Of a stretch of 64,000 nucleotides of DNA, positions 45,383 to 55,176 are shown piece by piece. Below the pieces are notes generated by a model. That model made no database searches and was not told the origin of the DNA. It saw only the letters and a program-made list of their open reading frames with translations. The stretch spans positions 224,001 through 288,000 of IMG/VR virus record IMGVR_UViG_3300029288_005873. One strand, given 5' to 3'. The stretch's first letter is position 1; each line of letters starts with the position of its first letter. The position numbers and the translations under genes are program-made. Source of the stretch: a virus. Its lineage: Duplodnaviria > Caudoviricetes.

Positions 45383-46125
45383 TCTTCCTCCATTCCTGTG
45401 AGGACTATAGGGTCCCCAATTTCTGTTATGGCTATAGTATGTTCCCAATGTGCTGAAATACCTTGTGTACGCACAACCCAGCCATCTTTTCCAGTTTCTG
45501 TTTTATTCGGTCCATCAACAAACATTGGCTCTATAGCAAATACCATTCCTGGACGTAATTTTAGACGTTGAATTGTTCTTGTATTCGATACAAATGGATC
45601 GGCATGAAGAATATGCCGGTCTAAGCCGTGTCCACCATAGTTTGTAATGACACTCCAACCACCCTCTTTAGCTGTACGACTTATTTCTTCACCGATATCG
45701 CCAATATCATTACCAGCTTTAGCCACAGCAATAGCGCGCAAAAGGGCAAAATGGCAATCGGTAACCATCTTATTCAAACCTTTGCCTACTACAACTGTTC
45801 TAGCAATATCTCCAATAAAACCATCAACATCAATTCCTACGTCTAATTTGAGAATATCTCCTTCCTTCAATACACGAACACCAGGAATACCGTGTACAAG
45901 CTCCTCATTAATTGAGGAGCAAATAGCAGACGGAAAACCATGATATCCGAGAAAGGCAGGTTTAAGACCAGAAGCTATACATGCCTCCTTAGCAATCTTA
46001 TCCAACTCCTGCGTCAAAATTCCTGGGCGGGCAGCTTCGATAAGTTGACGCATTATAATGGCTGCCCACTTTCCAGCAATCCTAAACTTTTCGATCTCCT
46101 CGGGACTCTTCAACCTTACGATCAT
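45379..46125 (-). CDS. map: Methionine aminopeptidase type I
   Basis: C.S.NE..VHGIP, GD..K.D.G, GD.A.T, YGGHG, H..P, AIEPM, SAHWEHT. Confidence 0.95.
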   Translation of the reverse strand: MIVRLKSPEEIEKFRIAGKWAAIIMRQLIEAARPGILTQELDKIAKEACIASGLKPAFLGYHGFPSAICSSINEELVHGIPGVRVLKEGDILKLDVGIDVDGFIGDIARTVVVGKGLNKMVTDCHFALLRAIAVAKAGNDIGDIGEEISRTAKEGGWSVITNYGGHGLDRHILHADPFVSNTRTIQRLKLRPGMVFAIEPMFVDGPNKTETGKDGWVVRTQGISAHWEHTIAITEIGDPIVLTGMEEE

Positions 46126-46418
46126 TAAAATACCTCAAAACCATCTATTGTTTCAACCCGTACGACCCAAAGACCAAAAAGAGAACCATCCCCAAGAAAA
46201 ATCGTACCGCGCTGTGCCCTACGCATCTTCAACTCATAGGATAAAGAATCACCCCAAGGTAAAGCTTTAATGTCTTCAAGCCAACTACCCTCAAGAAGTT
46301 CGAAAGGATCTTTGCCAAGAAGGACCAAACGCGGCTTCAAACCCCGTTGTTCCAATTCATTTTTTCTTTCCAAAATTTTTTCTGCTAACTTGCTCGCTTG
46401 ATCCATATCCAGCAACAT
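46125..46418 (-). CDS. Hypothetical protein
   Basis: Probable start MLLDMD. Confidence 0.5.
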   Translation of the reverse strand: MLLDMDQASKLAEKILERKNELEQRGLKPRLVLLGKDPFELLEGSWLEDIKALPWGDSLSYELKMRRAQRGTIFLGDGSLFGLWVVRVETIDGFEVF

Positions 46419-46470
46419 TTTTTCTCTCCCGAGGAACAATAATGCTGAAAATGAAAACATGTCGACATTT

Positions 46471-47733
46471 TTAAGGGCTGGCGATGTCTCGGATAACGTT
46501 AGATGGTAAGTATCCCCCCTCTTTCGTCATAAAAATGAGTCTCGCATTGCGCGATATAGAAATTTGCGAAAGACCTCCGCCGAGTTCGGTACCATCATTG
46601 GTTGCTACAAAAATAATACCGTCCGCTTCGTCGGACGAAATGGCTACAACATTAGAAATGGTTCCTCCGAGCACGGGAAAATCTGTACTACTTCCATCTA
46701 TACCATATGTATATGATCTACCATATCCATCGTATCCATCACAATATCCATCTGTTCCACTGTCGTATGCTTCGATTTTCGTCAAACCATTTGAGCATCC
46801 CACATAAAGACGAGATCCTCCTGGTAATAGTGTCGATTGTCCATCAGCTACATATAAGGTTGTAAGCTGCCCATCTAATAATCTAACTGCCTCTGGAGTT
46901 CCGGTAGAACTGTCGTACACAAAATCTGGACTTCTAATTCCGGGTCTCCAATCTGATCCATAATATACCTCAATACCGCCTAGACCTCCATTAAGAGACA
47001 TGTTTATCAGATACAATGTTCCATCAGAAGTCATATGTCCATTACGTGTGTTATACCCATCGGAGTACGTTCGCGGATCAGCAGTTTCATTCTTCGTAAT
47101 AACGGTTCCACTTTCTGTGCTAGCAACTAAGAAAAGATATCCGTCTAACACTTGACTTGATAAAGAGTTTACAATATCATTCGGCCAGCTTGGTGTTACA
47201 GCTCTAGAAAGTATGATTGGCATTAAATATCCATCTGATAGCCCAACACTATATGGTTTCCATTCACCTACAAGTTGCCGCACATGTATGCGTCGAATAC
47301 CAGGTTCTGGATTGTAATATCCATCAATATCTACATAACCATCAGAAAAGTAAAAATCATTCACAGGATCATCGCCCACACGATATGACCAACACCCAGC
47401 AAGTCTGGAATAATATCTTACCTGAACATTAATAAATTCAGGGCGTGACGCCACATTGCGATCAAGAACTATACGAAAACCACCAGCAATAGCGGATACA
47501 GAGGAAAGAGGACCAAGAAATGGAGGATAGAATATTGACCCATTTCCCCAAAAAGCCAATTGCCCCTCGACAAAAATTTCCAAGGCAGAAAGCAAAGGCG
47601 CTGGTGTCTGAATTATATCAACCTGTATGCCGGTAAGCACACCAACATTCATAGCTCCGTTGGCTGGGCTTAGGTTCTGAAGAACAATTGACACGTTTTT
47701 TCTCCTATAAAATGGTAAAGGAATATGCGGCAT
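46471..47733 (-). CDS. Probable virion protein, DGY-repeat family
   Basis: Many DGY motifs and an Ig-like N-terminus; the true start may be an internal GTG. Confidence 0.5.
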   Translation of the reverse strand: MPHIPLPFYRRKNVSIVLQNLSPANGAMNVGVLTGIQVDIIQTPAPLLSALEIFVEGQLAFWGNGSIFYPPFLGPLSSVSAIAGGFRIVLDRNVASRPEFINVQVRYYSRLAGCWSYRVGDDPVNDFYFSDGYVDIDGYYNPEPGIRRIHVRQLVGEWKPYSVGLSDGYLMPIILSRAVTPSWPNDIVNSLSSQVLDGYLFLVASTESGTVITKNETADPRTYSDGYNTRNGHMTSDGTLYLINMSLNGGLGGIEVYYGSDWRPGIRSPDFVYDSSTGTPEAVRLLDGQLTTLYVADGQSTLLPGGSRLYVGCSNGLTKIEAYDSGTDGYCDGYDGYGRSYTYGIDGSSTDFPVLGGTISNVVAISSDEADGIIFVATNDGTELGGGLSQISISRNARLIFMTKEGGYLPSNVIRDIASP

Positions 47734-48859
47734 CCATCACATTACTAGAAAAGTCGCTAGCCCTAACCTCAATAAGCGCATTATCTCCAGAATGGAAAAA
47801 CCCTGCCACAGGGTAAAGTACAACCGAAAGACCTTGAGGAAAAATTTCTATTTGTCCACCCCACCCATTTGCCCAGCCAGCGGCTCCACCAAACACTAAA
47901 ACCGAATTCACTGAAACAATGAGGGAAGAAATTTCGACCGATGTTATGTCTGAAATAAGAAATCTAATCGTATCTGGAGCTAGCACTACTGCCCCACTGG
48001 CTGGCACCATATCTGAAATCCTAGGAGAGTCGGAATCAGAAAAGCTATATCCATCTCCATTAAGACATGCTGCATATATCCCATATGAATCTAATATTTG
48101 TCCCCATTTTGTCGGACTTGTACTTTGTATATCAAAAATGTCTAGACCTCTTATACCCATCAGGAATGCACGTTGTATATCCTTTTCCACCATAAGACTT
48201 TGCTGCCAAGAACGGACTAGACCATTATATCCAGATACTAAAGCTTCGGAAAACCCAGGATAGACTGAAGCACCTGAAAATTCCACAGGAAAACCATGAA
48301 TGTCCAAAATATCTGACATAGTTAATGTAAAAGTTGGATTTCCATTCATACCCTCAACCCACAATAATATGGAATCATTAGAAATTATATCTATTTTCCT
48401 TACATATGCTCCATTTGATATGGAAAACAAAGAGGCATCATCTAAAGTTCCAGTGTCTAAAGCTCCACTAAAACCAACCGAAAGGCAAACCTCGAAAGGA
48501 CCTATGGAAACAAAAGTAACTGTGGTTGCGATCCAAAAACCATATGTTTCATCCAAAAATGTCACACTATCTATACTTGAGGCTAGAATATGTAATTCGA
48601 CCCTAGTTGATGCTGAATATGAACTATGGTCAATCCTTACATGGAAGCCACTGTAGCCGTCAACTACAGTATTTCCAACATACCCATCAAATGGAGAAAT
48701 CCATCCAGAGGCTCCATCATAAGCCTGTATTCCATTTACAAAAATGGACAAGGAGGTTGATTCTACGCCATAAGAATCTAAGACATCAAAAGAAAAGCTT
48801 TCAGATGGTGTTACTCCACCCATTTCAGCTTCGGGATCACGGGAACTTAAAAAAAGCAT
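47705..48859 (-). CDS. Probable virion protein with Ig-like domains (paralog of the C-terminal part of 48871..51132)
   Basis: Shares TVVDGYSG.HV, GP.E..L, DASLF..SNGAYV, LW.EG, RGLDI and KW.QILDSYGI. Confidence 0.55.
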   Translation of the reverse strand: MLFLSSRDPEAEMGGVTPSESFSFDVLDSYGVESTSLSIFVNGIQAYDGASGWISPFDGYVGNTVVDGYSGFHVRIDHSSYSASTRVELHILASSIDSVTFLDETYGFWIATTVTFVSIGPFEVCLSVGFSGALDTGTLDDASLFSISNGAYVRKIDIISNDSILLWVEGMNGNPTFTLTMSDILDIHGFPVEFSGASVYPGFSEALVSGYNGLVRSWQQSLMVEKDIQRAFLMGIRGLDIFDIQSTSPTKWGQILDSYGIYAACLNGDGYSFSDSDSPRISDMVPASGAVVLAPDTIRFLISDITSVEISSLIVSVNSVLVFGGAAGWANGWGGQIEIFPQGLSVVLYPVAGFFHSGDNALIEVRASDFSSNVMDAAYSFTIL

Positions 48860-48870
48860 TTTTGCTCCAG

Positions 48871-51132
48871 CTACGACCCAAAGGGGTCGATACCAAATGA
48901 AATTTCCCCAAAGCCGAAAACATCTGGCTCGGGACCAATAGAAAAGCTATAACTCGAGTAGAGCGTATTTCCTAACATATCGGCAACCTGAATAATAACC
49001 GTTGCTGTTCCATTATCTAGAGCTTGACGTGGAAACAATTCTATATCCAAGGCATTTTTGTATACAACAATTGATCCACCACAAACACCTGGATATGTCC
49101 AACCTAAAGTTCCACTAAATACGATTTCGTAAAGAGTGGGTATACTAGAATTACGTAGTCTTACTACCAAAGAACGAATCTGGATGGCATTTGACGCACT
49201 TTCGACCCAGAATCTAATGTTTGTTGTTGGAAGAACATTTATTTCCCCAGGTGCTGGTGACCGATGTGATAGGAAAGGCAAATCTGTCCCTGAAAATACA
49301 TATGCCGATCCCGAAAGGCAAAATGAGGATATACCATAAGAATCAAGGATTTGAGACCATTTTGAAACCGTCGTTCCCACCCTGGCACCAATAATATCTA
49401 AACCGCGCGTTCCACTAAGATATATGCGTTCAGTATCACGTCTTATTTGACTGCTTTCATGCCATGAACAAACAAGACCTGTTGTGTTAGAGAACATAGC
49501 TGAAGACTGAAAAGGCACAATCGTCGCCGAATTGCCTTCAGGTGCTAAACTATCTCCATAAGAATCTAATGGTGATGCTGTAAGTACAAAAGGCTCAGTA
49601 CCCTGAAAACCCTCCATCCAAAGTCGTATTTTGGTTGGATCGTTGGAAATCTGTTCGGTGTATTTTACATAAGCGCCATTGGAAAATGCGAACAAAGAAG
49701 CATCAGACATGCTAGAGAATGACATTGGACCGCTGAATAAGGCATCTAATGTAATCTCATATGGTCCCTGCTGGAGCGAAAGCAATTTTGTCTGCGTTCT
49801 AAACCACCAAGTCTCATCAAGCCATTGCCCATATATATCTTGAGCTACTACTCTAAGATATACAGCTGAAGATGGAGAGAAAGGAACTGAACTAGAAAAG
49901 GAGACATGGTATCCAGAATATCCATCAACTGTAGTTGGTTCTACTGACCCAGAATATGGCAAAACGAAACCAAAAAGACCATCATAAACTTTTTGCCCAT
50001 TAACATACAAAGAAATCGATGATGGTTCTACACCATCATCGAGAATATCCATTGACATATTTGCAAATACAGATACGCCGGTCTGAGTAGGAAAGGGTAT
50101 TTGATTATCAAGAAAAAGCGGAACACCCCTTGTGTAAAAATAGTATGTCTGATTTAGAAGATTTCCAACAAAATCTGATGCGGACACAGATATGCCAACA
50201 GGTGACATTTGTGGCAAGGGGTTGGGAGGTTGTATATCATATTTAAGCCCACCAGAAATTCCAGTGGTTGTTAACAAATATCCATCCTGTGCGACACCAG
50301 ATGAAACCGCTGGTACGGTTCCAAACAATATGTCCGTTCTTGTCCAATCAACCCCGCTTAGATCATCAACTATAGATAAAGAAATAAGAGCTGAACGGTC
50401 AACACCTAATTGATCTTCAGCAGGATTTAAGTCTACCAGATATGGACTAGCGTCATCACCATAAAGCTCCGTGATAAGTTCAGAAAAATGAACTTCGTCA
50501 GAAGCAGTATACCAATCGACACAGCCTACATACTTGACATCCCAACCACTAGTTGAAATTGGAGAATGGTCATATAATTCAACCCAATCTGTATCACTGG
50601 CTTTTTTCCAAAAGGCCTTAAAATGACCCGGCTGACCAACCTGAAAAGGAATCTCTTCCTCAATCATAAGGCTTATTGGGAGATCGGAATCATCCCAAAC
50701 ATCATATCCCGCATAAGCAACAATACCATCTACATGGACATATAAAGTTCTAGCGGTATGAAATAAAAATCTATTTATTGTTACCGACATTCCACGAGAA
50801 TAATCGGGAAGAGGGCTCGTTGCCCCAAAAAGAACTAGACCACATCTTGGTGCGTATAGTCCGCTGTTTCCAGTAAGACTTGTTATTGTTGTATACCATC
50901 GCCGACGTAATGGATAAAACGAAACAACAGGTTCATATGCAGCAACCCCATTTCCCCACCACCAAATTCCTCCAATGTTATATTGTATGGTAAGGTCATG
51001 AGGCAATTCTGAGAAAACGGCCCTACTCCCCGGATTACTCAAAAGCAATGGGTCGTAGGTTCCATCAAAATAATTGGGTCGGATTTTGAACCAATCCATA
51101 GAAGGGCTCCGCACTTGTGTGGCAACCTCCAT
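48871..51132 (-). CDS. Probable virion protein with repeated Ig-like domains
   Basis: Repeated P...Q.GV......I.D..G units; C-terminal FGFG...FG..PFGS. Confidence 0.55.
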   Translation of the reverse strand: MEVATQVRSPSMDWFKIRPNYFDGTYDPLLLSNPGSRAVFSELPHDLTIQYNIGGIWWWGNGVAAYEPVVSFYPLRRRWYTTITSLTGNSGLYAPRCGLVLFGATSPLPDYSRGMSVTINRFLFHTARTLYVHVDGIVAYAGYDVWDDSDLPISLMIEEEIPFQVGQPGHFKAFWKKASDTDWVELYDHSPISTSGWDVKYVGCVDWYTASDEVHFSELITELYGDDASPYLVDLNPAEDQLGVDRSALISLSIVDDLSGVDWTRTDILFGTVPAVSSGVAQDGYLLTTTGISGGLKYDIQPPNPLPQMSPVGISVSASDFVGNLLNQTYYFYTRGVPLFLDNQIPFPTQTGVSVFANMSMDILDDGVEPSSISLYVNGQKVYDGLFGFVLPYSGSVEPTTVDGYSGYHVSFSSSVPFSPSSAVYLRVVAQDIYGQWLDETWWFRTQTKLLSLQQGPYEITLDALFSGPMSFSSMSDASLFAFSNGAYVKYTEQISNDPTKIRLWMEGFQGTEPFVLTASPLDSYGDSLAPEGNSATIVPFQSSAMFSNTTGLVCSWHESSQIRRDTERIYLSGTRGLDIIGARVGTTVSKWSQILDSYGISSFCLSGSAYVFSGTDLPFLSHRSPAPGEINVLPTTNIRFWVESASNAIQIRSLVVRLRNSSIPTLYEIVFSGTLGWTYPGVCGGSIVVYKNALDIELFPRQALDNGTATVIIQVADMLGNTLYSSYSFSIGPEPDVFGFGEISFGIDPFGS

Positions 51133-51215
51133 TTAAGGAGGTAAAAGCTGATTTTCAGCCACACAAATGCGAGATTATTGATATGTCGAAGGAAAATAGC
51201 GGAGATATTGGGGAA

Positions 51216-53537
51216 TTAGAGGCATTCCGATGCCAAGGTGGCCAATTCAGAACGTTCTCCCTTCTGTAGGGTAATGTGACCCGTTAAGTGGGAATTCTTC
51301 ATCTTTTCAATAACATATGCCAAACCGTTATTTGCAAAATCTAAATAAGCAGAATCGATCTGCTCAATATCTCCAGTAAGCACGATTTTACTACCCTCAC
51401 CCAAACGTGTAATGATAGTTTTTGCCTCATGTGGGGATAAATTCTGGGCTTCATCGAGTATCATGAATTGATTTGGTATGGAACGACCTCGGATATATGT
51501 CAAAGGTTCAACTTGTATAATTCCTTGACGTTTATACGTCTCAAGCATCTCCATATCCTTAGCAAATAGGAGTTCAAGACTATCATTTAAAGCAGCCATC
51601 CATGGGGCCATCTTTTCTTCAACAGAGCCTGGAAGAAAACCTATATCTCGCCCAAGTGGCTGAACTGGACGAGAAAGTAAGGCTCGCTGAAAACTTTCTT
51701 TTTCAATCGTTTGATGAAGCGCAGCAGCAGTTGCCAATAATGTATTATGCGTCACAATAAAGTTATTTGTTATATATAAATGATCAGGATGATCAACCAT
51801 AATACATTGCGTATCTTTTTCGCCAACCAACTCTATTCTATCAATATATCGTATTGGTTTATATTTGATTCTAGGAATCCATTTTTCTGCCTTATATAAT
51901 AATTTAAAAGGATTAATATTGATTGCTAAATGTAAACGAAAAGCTTTTTTACCGTTACGTTTTTCTCCTTTATATATATATTTAGGAATACAAGAAGTTA
52001 CTTTAACAGTACCGCCTAAAGATTCTACTAGAAACCTAACATCATCACACAATTGCGGAGATGATGTATTAAAAATAGAACTACTTGATTTAAGCATATA
52101 AGCTTCGCCGTCCGTATCCATTAGACCGCGAAGTATAGCTAGTCTTGTTTCAATAGAGGCAAATTTATATTCATAGGGAATAAATTTATCAGAAGAGCAT
52201 TTGCCCCAAAGACCCAAATCGATTAGAGATTTTTTAAGCTGATTTTTTGTATGAGAATTGGGAGAAATTATATAGTAATCACAATTTGCTCCAGACTTTT
52301 TATGTAGTGTATAACCGCCGCATCGTAAAGCATTAATTAATTCATCAGATATACTAGAAAATACAGGAGTTTGCCCTCGAAAACAACCATCTCCCAATAA
52401 AAGACCTAAAATATAAGGATTTATTGGCAGTGTTTTTTCAGAAAATTCAAAAGGTTTGACTATTGGTATTGAATGATTTCTCTTTAATATTTTACCATAT
52501 CGCAGTGTATCTCTAATCTCTGCCAATGATTTTACAGAACCAGGTCTGCCTTGATCACGGTCTTTCTGAGTCTTTGTATGCCATAGATGATCCTCACAAC
52601 ATTCTGTAGATGTACCATCAGAAAAAAATACCCGAAAAACTTTTTTTATTCCTTGTGGAAAAATACCTGAAATTTTGGCACAATGTCCATCAGGGACAAC
52701 AATTTCATCTCCAATTTTCAAAGTTCCAAATTTACGAAAACCTTCAGGAGTTAGAATTTCAGCATCCAATGGTTGTGCTTTTCCTGATCCCGCGCGACCT
52801 ATAAGTGTTACAAGTTTAATAGCAGGGTCAAGAAGAAGACTTAAAGCCATTTTTTGTTCAAGATTTCTAGGATTTATACCCCAAATACCATTTGGGGGAT
52901 TTGTAACACGCAATCTTCCATCTTTGGTTACTTGACCTAGTCCGCTATGTCCTTCACGCTCTGAAGATTGTAACAGTACAAATTCATTAGGATATTTACC
53001 AGAAGTGTCAAAGTCAATAATACGACGAGCATAAAGATCATCTATAACAGATGATGGCACAGATACTATATCTAGTCCAGAATATATAGAGGAAGGTGCT
53101 TTAGCCACCTTATCATGCTCATAATCCTGTGCGGCTATTCCAAAAGCGTCACATTTCACACGTAAATTGATATCCTTGGTCACAACTATAATTGGGATAT
53201 CAGGATTTTCAGATGTCAATCCTATAGCCATGCGAAGTAGGCGATTGTCTATACTATCAGCTAAATGCGCCGTTTCTATCATATGCCCAGATTCCACCCT
53301 AACAACGGACCCAGATTGTAGGCATACACCTGTATTTAATGAACCCTGGGCTCTCAAGTTGTCGAGACGGCGTATTAACGCCCTAGCATTACGCCCAACC
53401 TCATCTGGGCGAGTTTTTGCCTTATCCAGCTCATCTAGAACAGGCATTGGTATGATGATTTCATTGTCAGCAAAGGCTTCGAGACAATTCGGATCGTTCA
53501 GGAACACATTGGTGTCAACCAAGAACCGTTTCGTCAA
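51216..53537 (-). CDS. phoH: PIN-PhoH family protein (PhoH2/YlaK-like) containing an intein
   Basis: LVDTNV, TKDINLR.K (PIN); G.AGSGK|T, GFLPG...EK..PW, RGRS, DEAQN, GD..Q.D. TTG start with an AAGGAGG SD. Confidence 0.92.
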   Translation of the reverse strand: MTKRFLVDTNVFLNDPNCLEAFADNEIIIPMPVLDELDKAKTRPDEVGRNARALIRRLDNLRAQGSLNTGVCLQSGSVVRVESGHMIETAHLADSIDNRLLRMAIGLTSENPDIPIIVVTKDINLRVKCDAFGIAAQDYEHDKVAKAPSSIYSGLDIVSVPSSVIDDLYARRIIDFDTSGKYPNEFVLLQSSEREGHSGLGQVTKDGRLRVTNPPNGIWGINPRNLEQKMALSLLLDPAIKLVTLIGRAGSGKAQPLDAEILTPEGFRKFGTLKIGDEIVVPDGHCAKISGIFPQGIKKVFRVFFSDGTSTECCEDHLWHTKTQKDRDQGRPGSVKSLAEIRDTLRYGKILKRNHSIPIVKPFEFSEKTLPINPYILGLLLGDGCFRGQTPVFSSISDELINALRCGGYTLHKKSGANCDYYIISPNSHTKNQLKKSLIDLGLWGKCSSDKFIPYEYKFASIETRLAILRGLMDTDGEAYMLKSSSSIFNTSSPQLCDDVRFLVESLGGTVKVTSCIPKYIYKGEKRNGKKAFRLHLAININPFKLLYKAEKWIPRIKYKPIRYIDRIELVGEKDTQCIMVDHPDHLYITNNFIVTHNTLLATAAALHQTIEKESFQRALLSRPVQPLGRDIGFLPGSVEEKMAPWMAALNDSLELLFAKDMEMLETYKRQGIIQVEPLTYIRGRSIPNQFMILDEAQNLSPHEAKTIITRLGEGSKIVLTGDIEQIDSAYLDFANNGLAYVIEKMKNSHLTGHITLQKGERSELATLASECL
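51744..52778 (-). mobile_element. Class 3 intein with LAGLIDADG homing endonuclease (345 aa) in the PhoH Walker A motif
   Basis: Starts AQPLD, ends VTHN|T. Shows the WCT triad (DHLW, TQCI, VTHN) and LGLLLGDG / LRGLMDTDG. Confidence 0.9.
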
Positions 53538-53604
53538 TGGGTAATTCCTCCTTGGAAAAAGCTTCCTACAACGCAATGCTCCGATATTGATAGGTTTTCT
53601 GTTT

Positions 53605-54063
53605 TTACCTTCCACGTCTAGAACGACGGAGATCACAACGCTGCTTTATCTCCATTACTTCATGATATTCTTTTACTGTTAAGGGGGTTGGCAAGATTGC
53701 TACTCCTCCTGCGCGACCACGGAGTTGTTCACGAGCATGTTGCTGAAGTCCTCCGAGTTTGGATAGATCGTCGTCGCCCGTCACACGTACAGCTACACAT
53801 TGTTTTCCAAGATCATCAATACTTCCAAGTACATCAAACTTCATAGCATATGATGTAACTAAAAAGCTGGTTTCGGGAAGCATATCAATCACAGTGGCTG
53901 TATCCAATTTGTCATTAACATCAATCAACTCATCCTCATCAGCAGGATGTTCATCACTTCCCACCCTCACAAGAACGATTTTACCTGCCCAATCCTTAGA
54001 AAGTATTTGTTCAATTGCTACGGGTATCAATTCGCCCTTGCGATTCTTCATAAAAAAGGACAT
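53605..54063 (-). CDS. Hypothetical protein
   Basis: Probable start MSFFMK. Confidence 0.55.
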   Translation of the reverse strand: MSFFMKNRKGELIPVAIEQILSKDWAGKIVLVRVGSDEHPADEDELIDVNDKLDTATVIDMLPETSFLVTSYAMKFDVLGSIDDLGKQCVAVRVTGDDDLSKLGGLQQHAREQLRGRAGGVAILPTPLTVKEYHEVMEIKQRCDLRRSRRGR

Positions 54064-54065
54064 CG

Positions 54066-54440
54066 TTACTCCTCTCCCATTTGGAATGGAAGTGCCCATT
54101 CGTTTAGAGTTATCATATAGAAATCCTTTGGCTTTTCCCTCATCCTTACTAATTTTGGCGGAAGCCACTGGGCAACTAACCGCCTTCCTGACTCTACTGG
54201 CACTTCCCCATCAGGGGTTTGTACAACTGCTGTCTCAAACCTAGCTATGTCGATTGATCCATCAAAATGACTCACTACGTCAAGACCAAGTTGAGTCAGA
54301 TGTCGCTTAGTTCCAAGAGTGTTATTTGAAATGATATTTTCATCCGCCCCAAACGCTATGAGAACACGTTGAAGCCAAGCTCGCTTTTCTTCATCCACTA
54401 TCTTCGTTTCATCTCCTACACTAGCCAAAATTGTAGTCAT
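54066..54440 (-). CDS. Hypothetical protein
   Basis: 124 aa. Confidence 0.55.
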   Translation of the reverse strand: MTTILASVGDETKIVDEEKRAWLQRVLIAFGADENIISNNTLGTKRHLTQLGLDVVSHFDGSIDIARFETAVVQTPDGEVPVESGRRLVAQWLPPKLVRMREKPKDFYMITLNEWALPFQMGEE

Positions 54441-54442
54441 TA

Positions 54443-54919
54443 TTATTCCCGCTTAACATATGAATCGATACAGCAAGTTGGTTCACCATAATAGACAATG
54501 TGCTTACCTCCGTTTTTGTCGACAATTGAATACCACGGTCTACCGTCATTTTTAGCCCACACCCACTCTTTTATAAAACGTGCGCCGCATGCTTCACAAG
54601 AACACTCCTCAGTCCAATGATTTGGATCCAAACCTCTAATCCAACCAAGAAGAGTTGTCATTTTTCCATGAGTGCGGAAAGGTCCAGCACAGCCATTGGG
54701 GCAAACATATGGTGCTCCTGGAACGACAGGCTCACCATATTCGCGGTATAAACGCATCCTTTCTGTCCTCTCTTCCAGTACGCGCTGTCTCTCATCCTCA
54801 GGTAAGAAAAAGATGGGATTAATAATACTGAGACCTACCTCTTCATTTGTTGTCCAGCCGATTTTCGGCTTCTCACCCGATTCATCACGAATAATATCTA
54901 CATCAGTATTCTTTGGCAT
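54443..54919 (-). CDS. Hypothetical Cys-containing protein
   Basis: CPNGC and C.C..CG. Confidence 0.5.
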   Translation of the reverse strand: MPKNTDVDIIRDESGEKPKIGWTTNEEVGLSIINPIFFLPEDERQRVLEERTERMRLYREYGEPVVPGAPYVCPNGCAGPFRTHGKMTTLLGWIRGLDPNHWTEECSCEACGARFIKEWVWAKNDGRPWYSIVDKNGGKHIVYYGEPTCCIDSYVKRE

Positions 54920-55176
54920 TTCCCACCTTCTTTTGGTCTAATAATCGCCAATAAGAATTCGCCCTCTTCCCTAACTAGGTCGAATGCTTTTGCGGTCACA
55001 ATAAGATGTTCAACAGCATATCCTACACGCACTCCCAAACATGGTTCAAACATGTCCCGAAGTTTTTGCCTCACCAATACTTTAAGGGCTTTTGGCGGAT
55101 CTACTTTTTCACTATTGATACAAATTTGTGCAAGTAGTTCTATCATTGGTATGCTTACATCTATCATTTTATCCAC
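54898..55176 (-). CDS. Hypothetical protein
   Basis: Overlaps the nrdJ stop. Confidence 0.5.
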   Translation of the reverse strand: MDKMIDVSIPMIELLAQICINSEKVDPPKALKVLVRQKLRDMFEPCLGVRVGYAVEHLIVTAKAFDLVREEGEFLLAIIRPKEGGKCQRILM

